From NCBI GenBank assembly GCA_965197645.1, contig OZ240219.1, positions 2,432,001-2,496,000 on the forward strand: a DNA stretch of 64,000 bases, given 5' to 3'. The translations under genes were made by a program, and so were the position numbers. Positions 1 through 8,953 of this stretch are shown here, in pieces. The notes beneath the pieces were generated by a model that saw only the letters and a list, made by a program, of their open reading frames with translations, was not told the origin of the DNA and did not search any database. Position 1 is the stretch's first letter. Every line of letters starts with the position of its first letter. The DNA comes from Dehalococcoidia bacterium (lineage in GTDB: Bacteria; Chloroflexota; Dehalococcoidia; Plut-88900).

Positions 1-812
1 CAAGAGAGCCAGCCGATGCCCGATTCCACCAGCACGAACTTCAGCCCCGGATGCCGTTGCAAAGCCCCTGAGCCTATCAGCTGTACCATGGGATACATCG
101 CCTCGGTCATGCCCAGCACCTGGCCTTCCAGGTCATTGGGGAACTGGTCTTCATACGGATCGTCGGATGGTGGAGTTGCCGCCGGTCCCGATGTAAACAC
201 GTGAAAGGCCAGCGGTACGCCCAGGTCTTCCATTGTGGCCCAGAACGGCTCGTATTCGGGGGAGTTGTAGGACCGGGCGGGCATGGTGACGGGCAGCGAC
301 ATCGATCGATACCCCATCTTCGCCGTCCGTTGCGCCTCCGCAATTCCGTCATTGATATCGACTATCGGAATCTGCGCCGACACGACGAACCGGTCCGGGT
401 GTCCTCCGAAGATCTCGTGGTGCCAGTCGTTGTACAGGTTGGCCAGCGCCTTCTGATAGCCCGGGTCCGGCGAGGAGAACTGCTTGAACACAGCCTGGGG
501 GTAGATCACCTCGGCGCTGACCCCGTCCTTCTCCAGGTCCGCCAGCCGCAGGGGAACGTCGACGCCGCCTTCTCGATGTTGCTGCCGGCCCAGCGCCTCT
601 CCGTCACGCCAGTACCTCTGCATGTCGTCCTCGTTGAGAGGGTTGGGCGCCTCGATGGCGGTGGGAGGCTGACCCTCGAAGATCAGGTATCTCTTGCCGT
701 TCCGGGTCTCTTCATGAGGGGCCCGCTCCCGGTACTCGGCCGGAAGTCTTTCGTAGATATCCTGCGGTTCGTTGCTGTGCGAATCCGCCGAGATCACCTT
801 GTAGTCGGCCAT
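1..812 (-). CDS. amidohydrolase family protein (Amidohydro_2-like), runs off the left window edge
   Basis: Not in the ORF track. Manual translation from ATG at 812 (RBS GGAGAGG) gives MADYKVISADSHSNEP...GVSAEVIYPQAVFK...LKFVLVESGIGWL, clearly paralogous to 28997..30133 and 30161..31288. Confidence 0.9.
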   Translation of the reverse strand, partial: MADYKVISADSHSNEPQDIYERLPAEYRERAPHEETRNGKRYLIFEGQPPTAIEAPNPLNEDDMQRYWRDGEALGRQQHREGGVDVPLRLADLEKDGVSAEVIYPQAVFKQFSSPDPGYQKALANLYNDWHHEIFGGHPDRFVVSAQIPIVDINDGIAEAQRTAKMGYRSMSLPVTMPARSYNSPEYEPFWATMEDLGVPLAFHVFTSGPAATPPSDDPYEDQFPNDLEGQVLGMTEAMYPMVQLIGSGALQRHPGLKFVLVESGIGWLS

Positions 813-908
813 AGCAGGTCCTCTCCGAAAGTCCTAGTCAACCGGTGGCGCTGGCCCTTAGGAGTCATGGCAGGAATTCACCATCCTGATGAAAACCGAC
901 CCCATCAG

Positions 909-2090
909 CTAGTTCACCCTCTGGAACACGGAAGCCACTCCCTGGCCACCGCCCACGCACATCGTCACCAGGCCCAACTCGCCACCTGTCCGCTCGAGCT
1001 CGTCCATCAGCTTCACCGTCATTATGGCGCCGGTGGCCCCCACCGGATGTCCTATCGAGATGCCGCTGCCGTTGACGTTGGTCTTGTCCATGTCCAGGTC
1101 CAGCTCCCGGATGCAGTACAGCGCCTGGGCGGCGAAGGCCTCGTTCAGCTCGATCAGATCGATGTCGCTCAACTCCATGCCGGTCTTGTCCAGCAGCTTG
1201 CGGACCGCGGGCACCGGGCCGGTGCCCATCAGCGCCGGGTCCACCCCGGCCACCGCTCGCGCCTTCCACTCGGCCCGCGGGGTAAGGCCCAGCTCTTTAG
1301 CCTTTTCCTCCGACATCAGCACCACGGCCGCGGCGCCATCGTTGATGCCCGATGAGTTCCCCGCCGTCACCGAGCCGTCTTCTTTGAACACTGGACGTAG
1401 GGTGGACAGCCTCTCCAGGGTCGCGTCCGCCCGGGGCTGCTCGTCATTCTCGACCACGATCGGATCGGCCTTGCGCTGGGGCACCGATACCGGCACGTTG
1501 CTGGTGAACCGGCCCTCCTCGATGGCTCGAACCGCTCGCTTGTGGCTCTCCAACGCCAGCTCGTCCTGGTCTTTCCGGCTGACCTCGAATTTGGCGGCCA
1601 CGTTCTCCGCTGTCACACCCATATGGTAGTGATGCACCGGACAGCTGAGCCCGTCCACCAGCAGGTCTTCCACCACGGCGTTGCCCATGCGGAACCCGTC
1701 CCACCGGGATTTGCGCATGGCGTAGGGCGTCTGGCTCATGTTCTCCGTACCGCCGGCCACGACGATGTCCGCCTCGCCGGCGCGTATGAACTGGGCGCCT
1801 ACGTTGATGGCCTCCAGGCCGGAGGAGCACTGCCGGTTGATGGCGATGGCCGGCACCTCTTCGGGCACGCCCGCTCGAAGGGATGATAGGCGGGCGGCGT
1901 ATCCGTTGTCCGCGGTCTGCAGCGCGTTGCCCATGACCACGTCGTCGACATCCTCCGGCTCGATGCCCGCCTTGTCCAGGGCGCCCTTGATCGCTACTGC
2001 GCCCAGGTCAGGCGCTGAAAACGTCTTGAACGATCCCCCAAACCTGCCAACGGGTGTTCTCGCTGCGCTTACGACTACTGCCTTGGTCAT
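909..2090 (-). CDS. acetyl-CoA C-acyltransferase (thiolase)
   Basis: SAARTPVG, NRQCSSG (catalytic Cys), NEAF, GHPVGATG and MCVGGGQG motifs. Confidence 0.95.
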   Translation of the reverse strand: MTKAVVVSAARTPVGRFGGSFKTFSAPDLGAVAIKGALDKAGIEPEDVDDVVMGNALQTADNGYAARLSSLRAGVPEEVPAIAINRQCSSGLEAINVGAQFIRAGEADIVVAGGTENMSQTPYAMRKSRWDGFRMGNAVVEDLLVDGLSCPVHHYHMGVTAENVAAKFEVSRKDQDELALESHKRAVRAIEEGRFTSNVPVSVPQRKADPIVVENDEQPRADATLERLSTLRPVFKEDGSVTAGNSSGINDGAAAVVLMSEEKAKELGLTPRAEWKARAVAGVDPALMGTGPVPAVRKLLDKTGMELSDIDLIELNEAFAAQALYCIRELDLDMDKTNVNGSGISIGHPVGATGAIMTVKLMDELERTGGELGLVTMCVGGGQGVASVFQRVN

Positions 2091-2194
2091 GATCTCTCCT
2101 ATCTCCCCCGACGCGGGTCCCTCAGGCCTATTGTGTGTGCTTTAGCGTCATTGTCGGAGCTTGAGTTTGCCCTGTCAAGCAGACGACCCACGAC

Positions 2195-2207
2195 TGCTAT
2201 AATGCCC
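2195..2207 (+). promoter_or_regulatory. extended -10 promoter element of MFS 1
   Basis: TGCTATAATGCCC; an identical string lies before MFS 2 at 3504-3516. Confidence 0.55.
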
Positions 2208-2246
2208 ATCTTTCCTTGGGACCGGTGAAGCGAAAGCTGGAGCTGC

Positions 2247-3497
2247 GTGCAACACAGGACCACAATCCCCAAATACCGATGGGTGGTCATCGGCATCCTC
2301 ACTGCCACCGAATCAGTGAACGATTCCGTGATAATGCTCCTTGGGCTTCTTCTCCCGGATATCTCCCGAGACCTGGACCTGTCCCCCGCCGAACAGGGGA
2401 TTCTGGGATCATCGCCCCTCTTTGTCGCCCTGGTGCTCTCAATCCCGGTCAACAACCTCGTATCCAGGTTCAGGCCCTGGCGAGTTGTCAGCATCTCCTT
2501 CGTCGCCTTCGCAGGGTTTACCGTTCTCCAGGGCCTTTCTCCCGATTTCTGGACGATGATCATGGGTCGGACCGGAATGGGACTCTCCTTCATCATCTTC
2601 GCCGGGCCGTGCGCCATGTTGGTCCAGCAGTGGTCCGTTCGCGGCCGACAGGGTGTTACCAACGGGGTCCGGTTCCTGGGCTCAGACCTGGTCCTGAGCG
2701 GCGTCTTCTTCATCACCCCGTTCATGCTCTCCTGGATGGACAGCTGGCGCGGCGTGCTGTACTTGTGGAGTGGCATCAGCCTGGCCCTGAGCATCTTCTG
2801 GATCGTCTTTGGACGCGAGAACATCACCGACGTCTACGAAGAGGAGATGGCATCTCAAGAGGAGACCCCGCTTCGAAGCATACTGAAGTACAGGGCGCTA
2901 TGGATAATCGGCTTCGGCCTGGCGGCCGGCTTCCTGGTGGAGATAGCCTTCGGTGTGTTCTGGCCCACCTTCGCCCAGGAGGTGCGTGGGATATCTACGG
3001 TGGTTATCGGCATAACCCTGGGCCTCACCTTCCTCGCCGCTGCCCCGTGTGAGCTGGCCGCGACCACCGTACCCCTCTTCGTGCGACATAAGTACTGGGT
3101 CATCGCCGTCTGCGGTCTCGGGTCATGCGCCGTCCATCTAGCCCTCCTCTACACCGGCTCCACGCCTTTGCTGTTGGGGCTTGCCGCCGGCAGGGGAGTG
3201 AGCTTCTCCTTCGCGCCGATACTCTACACTATGGTGTTCCAGCTCCCCGGCATAAGGCCGCGTGAGATCGCTGTGGCCACGGCCTTTGTCGAGACCCTGA
3301 GTTTGCTGGGTGATGTTATCGGCCCCCTGCTGGTCGGCTTCCTTCAAGAGGCCACAGGGGACCTCAAGCTCTCTCTATTCGTCATCACCTTCGCTCCACT
3401 GGTCCTCATCCCCGCCGGTTTGTTGCTGTGGGGCCTCGGTAACAGTGATCAAGACACCCTTGAACCGCGCTCCTCTCAATCCCCTGAGGCAGGCTAG
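2247..3497 (+). CDS. MFS transporter
   Basis: 416 aa with about 12 hydrophobic segments and a YRWVV N-terminus; paralog of the next two genes. Confidence 0.85.
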   Translation: MQHRTTIPKYRWVVIGILTATESVNDSVIMLLGLLLPDISRDLDLSPAEQGILGSSPLFVALVLSIPVNNLVSRFRPWRVVSISFVAFAGFTVLQGLSPDFWTMIMGRTGMGLSFIIFAGPCAMLVQQWSVRGRQGVTNGVRFLGSDLVLSGVFFITPFMLSWMDSWRGVLYLWSGISLALSIFWIVFGRENITDVYEEEMASQEETPLRSILKYRALWIIGFGLAAGFLVEIAFGVFWPTFAQEVRGISTVVIGITLGLTFLAAAPCELAATTVPLFVRHKYWVIAVCGLGSCAVHLALLYTGSTPLLLGLAAGRGVSFSFAPILYTMVFQLPGIRPREIAVATAFVETLSLLGDVIGPLLVGFLQEATGDLKLSLFVITFAPLVLIPAGLLLWGLGNSDQDTLEPRSSQSPEAG

Positions 3498-3503
3498 GCT
3501 GCT

Positions 3504-3516
3504 TGCTATAATGCCC
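3504..3516 (+). promoter_or_regulatory. extended -10 promoter element of MFS 2
   Basis: TGCTATAATGCCC, identical to 2195-2207. Confidence 0.55.
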
Positions 3517-3548
3517 CTGGTTCCCTGAGAAGCGTGAACCGGAGCGAT

Positions 3549-4793
3549 ATGCAGCAGACGACCACAATTCCCAACTACCGATGGGTGGTGATGTCCATCC
3601 TCACCAGCGCCCAGGGAATCAACTTCTCGGCTATTATGCTTCTGGGCATCTTTCTCCCTGAAATCGTCGATGAGATGGACCTCTCTCCCTCGCAACAGGG
3701 CTGGCTCGGCTCATCGTCCATCATAGTAGCCCTTGTCCTGTCGATCCCTTCCAACAACTTCGTCTCTCGCTTCAAACCGAAGCGTGTGACCACTCTCGCC
3801 CTTTTGGGCGCCGCCGGGTTCATGTACGTACAGGCCTGGGCGCCTAGCTTCGCTATACTCTTCCTCGGCCGGATCGGAATAGGCATCTCTTCGATGGTCA
3901 TCCGGGCCCCCAGGGCGATGCTCATCCAGCAGTGGTCCGTTCGGGGTCGCCAGGGTGTAACCAACGGGGCGCTGTTCTTCGGGACGGATATGGTCATGGG
4001 CGCCTCCTTCTTCATAGTGCCTTTCATTTTGGAGTGGACCGGCTCCTGGAGGGACACCGCCTATATCTGGGCCACCGTGAGTCTCGCCTTCGCCCTGGCC
4101 TGGATCATCTTCGGCCGGGAGCGGGTCACCCCGGTATATAGCAACGAGCTGAAGGCCCAGACGGGAAGCCCCTTGCGCAGCATCCTGAAATACAAGGAGC
4201 TATGGATTATAGGAATTGGAATGGGCGGTGGAGTAGTGGCAGAGGTGGCCTTCAGCGTGTTCTGGCCCAAATTTGCGCAGGAGACCCTTGCGGTACCGGC
4301 AGTGATTACCGGGATGATGTTTGGGGTTGCCTTCTTCGCCGCCGCCCCATTCGAGCTGGGGGCCGTGCTTATTCCTTACTTCGTCGATAGAAAGTACTGG
4401 GTGGTAATCGCATCGGCGCTGGCCGCCTTCGGTACCCACGCAGCCCTGCTGTATGTTGGCTCGACGCCCGGGGTCATGGGCCTGGCCGTATCTAAAGGCG
4501 CCTCCCTCGCCTACTGGCCCGTAATGGAGACCATAGTGTTCCAGCTTCCGGGGATCAAGCCCAGGGAGCTGGCCGCCGGCATGGCCTTGGTCGAGACTAT
4601 GATCCTACTGGGCGACGTGATCGGCCCGCTGATGGTCGGGTTCATACAACAGGCCACTGAAGACCTGAGATTCGCCCTGATGGTCACTACTTTCGCTCCG
4701 CTACTTCTGGTGTTGTCCGCTGTCCTGCTGTGGGCAGGGGGCGCGAAGAGCGAGCCGCCCGTAGAAGCGGTACAAACCTCAGGCCGCCCCTAA
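3549..4793 (+). CDS. MFS transporter
   Basis: ATG 3549 after GGAG (ORF track starts at 3534); shares PLRSILKY..LW and FQLPGI(R/K)PRE motifs with its paralogs. Confidence 0.85.
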   Translation: MQQTTTIPNYRWVVMSILTSAQGINFSAIMLLGIFLPEIVDEMDLSPSQQGWLGSSSIIVALVLSIPSNNFVSRFKPKRVTTLALLGAAGFMYVQAWAPSFAILFLGRIGIGISSMVIRAPRAMLIQQWSVRGRQGVTNGALFFGTDMVMGASFFIVPFILEWTGSWRDTAYIWATVSLAFALAWIIFGRERVTPVYSNELKAQTGSPLRSILKYKELWIIGIGMGGGVVAEVAFSVFWPKFAQETLAVPAVITGMMFGVAFFAAAPFELGAVLIPYFVDRKYWVVIASALAAFGTHAALLYVGSTPGVMGLAVSKGASLAYWPVMETIVFQLPGIKPRELAAGMALVETMILLGDVIGPLMVGFIQQATEDLRFALMVTTFAPLLLVLSAVLLWAGGAKSEPPVEAVQTSGRP

Positions 4794-6004
4794 GCGGTCG
4801 AAGCGGCGCGCCGGTCCCAGTGTCGGGGCAGAAGCAGGGCTCCGGCACTCAGAGCCATAGATCCTAAACTGGTAAGCAGCAGCGCCAGCCGCAGGTCATC
4901 GGAGCCCTCTTGAATAGCTCCCGCCAGCGCGGGACCTATGGCCGCTCCGATCCAGATGGCCGTCTGAATGAACGAGTTGGCGACGGCGATCTCTCGAGGC
5001 TTGATCCCCGGCAGCTCGAAGGGTAGGGTCATTACTATGGGAAAGAACCCCCAGGCCAGTCCCCGGGCCATCGATAGCAGCACCAGGTAGGCATAGTTGC
5101 CCGTGAACAACACACCGATTGATGAGACCGTCAAGACGATCCCGCACAACCAGAGGACCAGCTTCCGCTTTCCCGTTCTGTTCACGAACATCCCGAACAG
5201 TACGCCCGCTATCGCAGTTATCACCACGCCTATGGCGGCCAGCACTGCGGTTCCGGTGAGAGACACGCCGTAGGCGTCCAGCATGAAGCTGGGCCAGAAG
5301 ACCCCCGAGGCGGAGAAGTTCACCCCAATGCCGACCATCCCTATGCCCAGAATCCACAGCTCCCTGTAGCGGAGAATGCTCCTCAGCGGGTTCCCTTCCT
5401 GGGCCTCCATCTCGCTTGAGTATTCCGCGCTCTTCCGCTCTCTGCCCAGGACCATCCACTGGAGCGCCATGAAGACGCTGACCCCTCCGAATACGTAGAC
5501 CGTGTATCTCCAGTTATCGTCGAATGCGGCCAGGATGATGGGCGTGATTACGAGACCGGCGCCTATCAGGCCGAAGATCGCCGCGCCCGCTGCGTTGACT
5601 ACTACGATCTCCGACGGCCGGATCCACTGCCTCACCAGCAGCGGTCGAGCAGGCTCCCGGGTTACAACGGTCATGCTAAAGAGCATCCGTCCGATGATCA
5701 GTATGAGATAGGTAGGAGCCCAGCCCTGGAGGAACGTCAGGACCGCGGCGGCTATCAGCGTGACCGTGGTCAGCGGCTTGGGGTTGAACCTAGATAGCAG
5801 CCAGCCCGAGGGAATAGCCAGGATGAGGTTGCCGAATCTAGAGGAGGAGCCAAGCCACCCCTCCTGCACCGGCGTCAGGCCCATGTCCGCTCTCATACTG
5901 GGCAGCAGAAAGCCCAAACTCTCCAGAACTATGAACGTCCAGACATGAGCTATCATCCAGGTGGTCATCACCACCGAGCGATAGGAGGAGGCTTTACTTT
6001 CCAA
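4790..6004 (-). CDS. MFS transporter
   Basis: 404 aa, hydrophobic; PLRSILRYRELW and FELPGIKPREIA; convergent with MFS 2 with a 4-bp overlap. Confidence 0.85.
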   Translation of the reverse strand: MESKASSYRSVVMTTWMIAHVWTFIVLESLGFLLPSMRADMGLTPVQEGWLGSSSRFGNLILAIPSGWLLSRFNPKPLTTVTLIAAAVLTFLQGWAPTYLILIIGRMLFSMTVVTREPARPLLVRQWIRPSEIVVVNAAGAAIFGLIGAGLVITPIILAAFDDNWRYTVYVFGGVSVFMALQWMVLGRERKSAEYSSEMEAQEGNPLRSILRYRELWILGIGMVGIGVNFSASGVFWPSFMLDAYGVSLTGTAVLAAIGVVITAIAGVLFGMFVNRTGKRKLVLWLCGIVLTVSSIGVLFTGNYAYLVLLSMARGLAWGFFPIVMTLPFELPGIKPREIAVANSFIQTAIWIGAAIGPALAGAIQEGSDDLRLALLLTSLGSMALSAGALLLPRHWDRRAASTA

Positions 6005-6111
6005 CTAAATGAATACCCGGCGCGCCTTTCGGCTTCGATGATACAACACCCCGCCTCTTGACTGGCGGCGATTTCCAGTCAAAATGGATGGTCGATGTGG
6101 AGAACAGGCTG

Positions 6112-7590
6112 ATGGGCTGGAAAGAACACTACAAGAAGAACGCCGTCTCCGCCGAAGAGGCGGTCCGGCTGGTCAAGTCCGGCGACGTCGTGCGCCTCGG
6201 TGGTCTGGGTTGGCCTCAGCCCAAAGTGCTGATAGACGCACTAGCCGCTCGGAGAGAGCAACTGCAGAACGTAGAAGTCCGGGGCTACGCTCCCACTCAC
6301 GACCCCGGATGGCTGCAAGAGGGATGGGAATCCTCCATCCGCCTCCGGACCGAGACCTTCCTGGGGTCCAGCGCCAGACCGGCCCTTGATGAAGGGATCA
6401 TTGACTACTCACCGGTGCTGTTCTCCCAGACTCTCAGGGGCGATGGACAGGCCGATGACGCCAGGTTCGCTGCGGACGTTATGATGGTGGTAGCATCGCC
6501 GCCCAACGAGAACGGGTTCTGCAGCTTCGGGTCCTCCTTGTGGGAAAAGCGGGTCCAGTCCGAGGCCGCCGGAGCGGTCGTGGCCCAGGTCGACGAGAAC
6601 CAGGTCAGGACCTACGGCAGCAACTACATCCACGTATCCAAGATTGATAAGTTCGTTCATCACACCCCTCCCATCCTCTCTCTGGAGGAATCGCAGGCCC
6701 TGGTCCAGGCTGTGGAAGACCCGGAGGCCCGGGAGCTTCTCACCGGCATGGTGCCCCTGATACCCCACTGGGACCGGGCCGAGCTCCTGCCCATGTTCCT
6801 CGAGTCGGACGTCGACAAGCTCCTACGCTACTCCCGGATGCAGGCCTGGTCCGATCCGCCCGATGAAACCAGGAAGATCGTCGGTTACGTTTCGGAGCTG
6901 ATGAGGGACGGAGATACCTTGCAGATAGGCACCGGCACCACCAGCGCTTATCTCGCCGTGCTGGGGGCGTTCGACGGCAGAAAGGACCTGGGCTGGCACT
7001 CCGAGATCGGCGCCCGGGGCATCATCAACCTTATCGAGAAGGGCGTGGTGACCGGCGCTCGCAAGACCGTGAACCCGGGCAGAGCCCTTTTCACGTCCCT
7101 TCACCCCCTGGGGCCCGAGGAACTCTCCTTCGCCATAGATAACCCCATCATCGAGCTGAGAGACGTATCCTACGTCAATGACATCCGGACCATCGCCGCC
7201 CACGACAGCATGGTCTCCATCAACAACGCTATGTCCGTAGACCTGTCGGGCCAGATAAACTCCGAATCGATCGGACACCGAATCTACAACGGCACCGGCG
7301 GCCAGCCCGAGTTCCACATCGGCGCCGTCCTGTCGGAGGGAGGCCGGGCCATCACCCTACTGTACTCCACCGCGCAGGACGGAAAAACATCGAGGATCGT
7401 ACCCGCTCTGGCAGAGGGCTCCGGGGTCACCGTACCCCGCACTTTCGCAGACATTGTCGTCACCGAATATGGAATCGCCAGGCTGCGTGGAAAGTCGTTC
7501 CGGGAACGCGCGCAAGAGCTCATCAGCGTGGCCCACCCGGACTTTCGTCCCGAGCTTAAGCGGGCAGCAAACCAACTCTACTACCACTGA
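6112..7590 (+). CDS. acetyl-CoA hydrolase/transferase family (4-hydroxybutyrate CoA-transferase-like)
   Basis: SAEEAVRLVKSGD, GDTLQIG, HSE (catalytic Glu), GTGGQ and VVTEYG motifs; ATG 6112 after GGAGAA. Confidence 0.9.
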   Translation: MGWKEHYKKNAVSAEEAVRLVKSGDVVRLGGLGWPQPKVLIDALAARREQLQNVEVRGYAPTHDPGWLQEGWESSIRLRTETFLGSSARPALDEGIIDYSPVLFSQTLRGDGQADDARFAADVMMVVASPPNENGFCSFGSSLWEKRVQSEAAGAVVAQVDENQVRTYGSNYIHVSKIDKFVHHTPPILSLEESQALVQAVEDPEARELLTGMVPLIPHWDRAELLPMFLESDVDKLLRYSRMQAWSDPPDETRKIVGYVSELMRDGDTLQIGTGTTSAYLAVLGAFDGRKDLGWHSEIGARGIINLIEKGVVTGARKTVNPGRALFTSLHPLGPEELSFAIDNPIIELRDVSYVNDIRTIAAHDSMVSINNAMSVDLSGQINSESIGHRIYNGTGGQPEFHIGAVLSEGGRAITLLYSTAQDGKTSRIVPALAEGSGVTVPRTFADIVVTEYGIARLRGKSFRERAQELISVAHPDFRPELKRAANQLYYH

Positions 7591-7628
7591 TAATTATGTT
7601 TCTCACGAGCCACTGCACGAGAAAGAAT

Positions 7629-7728
7629 CCCCCGGACTCTCCCAAATGGGAGCTCGGGGGCTGAGGGTTGGGGGATGTCGCCCAGTAGTAATTCGTGCTC
7701 CTTCCCGGTTGGGAAGGGGGTAAGGGGA
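7629..7728. repeat. GC-rich multi-hairpin palindromic intergenic element
   Basis: CCCCCG..CTCCCAAATGGGAG..CGGGGG and CCTTCCCGGTTGGGAAGG stems; GGGGGATGTCGCCCAG resembles the GAGGGTGTCCCTCAG hairpin at 48225-48239. Confidence 0.45.
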
Positions 7729-7738
7729 AAGTTGGGAA

Positions 7739-8950
7739 ATGGTATCGAACACTCATTCCTATGACATCGTGACTGTTGGCGGCGGCCTTGCCGGATCGGC
7801 TATTGCCAAGGCCATGGCCGACCGGGGCGCCGACGTGCTGGTCCTGGAGCGCGAGACCCGCATGCGGGACCGGGTCCGCGGCGAGCACATGTGGCCCTGG
7901 GGAGTCGCCGAGGCCATCGATCTCGGGATATATGACGCTCTGTTGGAATGCGGGGGCCACAAGACTCCATACATAAACATGTACCGTGGCGCAACACCGA
8001 CCGGTCGGCGCAACTTAGAGGAGACGTCCCCGCAGAAATTGCCCTCCATGGCCTTCTACCATCCCCAGATGCAGGAATCTTTGTTAGAAGCGGCCGCCTC
8101 TGCGGCCGCGGAAGTACACCGCGGCGTCAGGGTGAGCCGGGTGACGCCGGGCCCGGCTCCCGCGGTAGAGTACGTACAGGATGGGCGCGAGGTAGAGGTG
8201 AGATCCCGGTTGGTGGTCGGCGCTGACGGGAGGACATCATCCGTGCGGAAATGGGGACGATTCAGGTCGCAGAAGGACCCGGACCAGAACTACATCTCCG
8301 GTCTGCTATTCGATGACATGCCCGTCCTCGAAGATACCGCCCACCTGCACCCCTTCCCCAAGTTCGGTCTGCTGGCCGTCTTCTTCCCTCAGGGTCAGGG
8401 TAGGGCCAGGAGCTACTTCTGCTACCCCGCCGCTGAAGGGCACAGACTGGGCGGAGGCAAGGACATCCAGAGATTTGTCGAGGGCGTCCTGAAGGTCGGG
8501 TTGCCGGCCGAGTACTTCGAAGCGGCGAAGGTGGCCGGACCCCTCGCCACCTTCTCGGGCGCTCACACCTGGGTCGATCACCCATACAAGGACGGAGTGG
8601 CCTTAATGGGCGATGCCGCCGCCACAAGCGATCCCACCCACGGCCAGGGGCTGTCCAAGACCCTGCGAGACGCCCGGGTCCTGCGGGACAAGCTCACGGC
8701 AAATGAAAACTGGGACGAGGCCGGACATGCCTATGCCGAGGAGCACGACCGCTACTACGAGATCAATCACACCTTCGAGAACTGGATCTCCAAGCTCCTG
8801 CTCGAGACCGGCCCTGACGCCGACGCCCTCCGGGCCAAGGCCCTACCCACCTGGCCCAGGGACATCACCGGGCCGATAGATCCCCTCTTCTGCGGCCCCA
8901 ACGCCCCCTTGGGCGAGGTCGACCGGATGCAGTTCTTCGGGGAAGAGTAG
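7739..8950 (+). CDS. FAD-dependent monooxygenase/oxidoreductase
   Basis: DIVTVGGGLAG Rossmann motif, VVGADG and LMGDAA..DPTHGQGLS. Confidence 0.9.
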   Translation: MVSNTHSYDIVTVGGGLAGSAIAKAMADRGADVLVLERETRMRDRVRGEHMWPWGVAEAIDLGIYDALLECGGHKTPYINMYRGATPTGRRNLEETSPQKLPSMAFYHPQMQESLLEAAASAAAEVHRGVRVSRVTPGPAPAVEYVQDGREVEVRSRLVVGADGRTSSVRKWGRFRSQKDPDQNYISGLLFDDMPVLEDTAHLHPFPKFGLLAVFFPQGQGRARSYFCYPAAEGHRLGGGKDIQRFVEGVLKVGLPAEYFEAAKVAGPLATFSGAHTWVDHPYKDGVALMGDAAATSDPTHGQGLSKTLRDARVLRDKLTANENWDEAGHAYAEEHDRYYEINHTFENWISKLLLETGPDADALRAKALPTWPRDITGPIDPLFCGPNAPLGEVDRMQFFGEE

Positions 8951-8953
8951 CCC

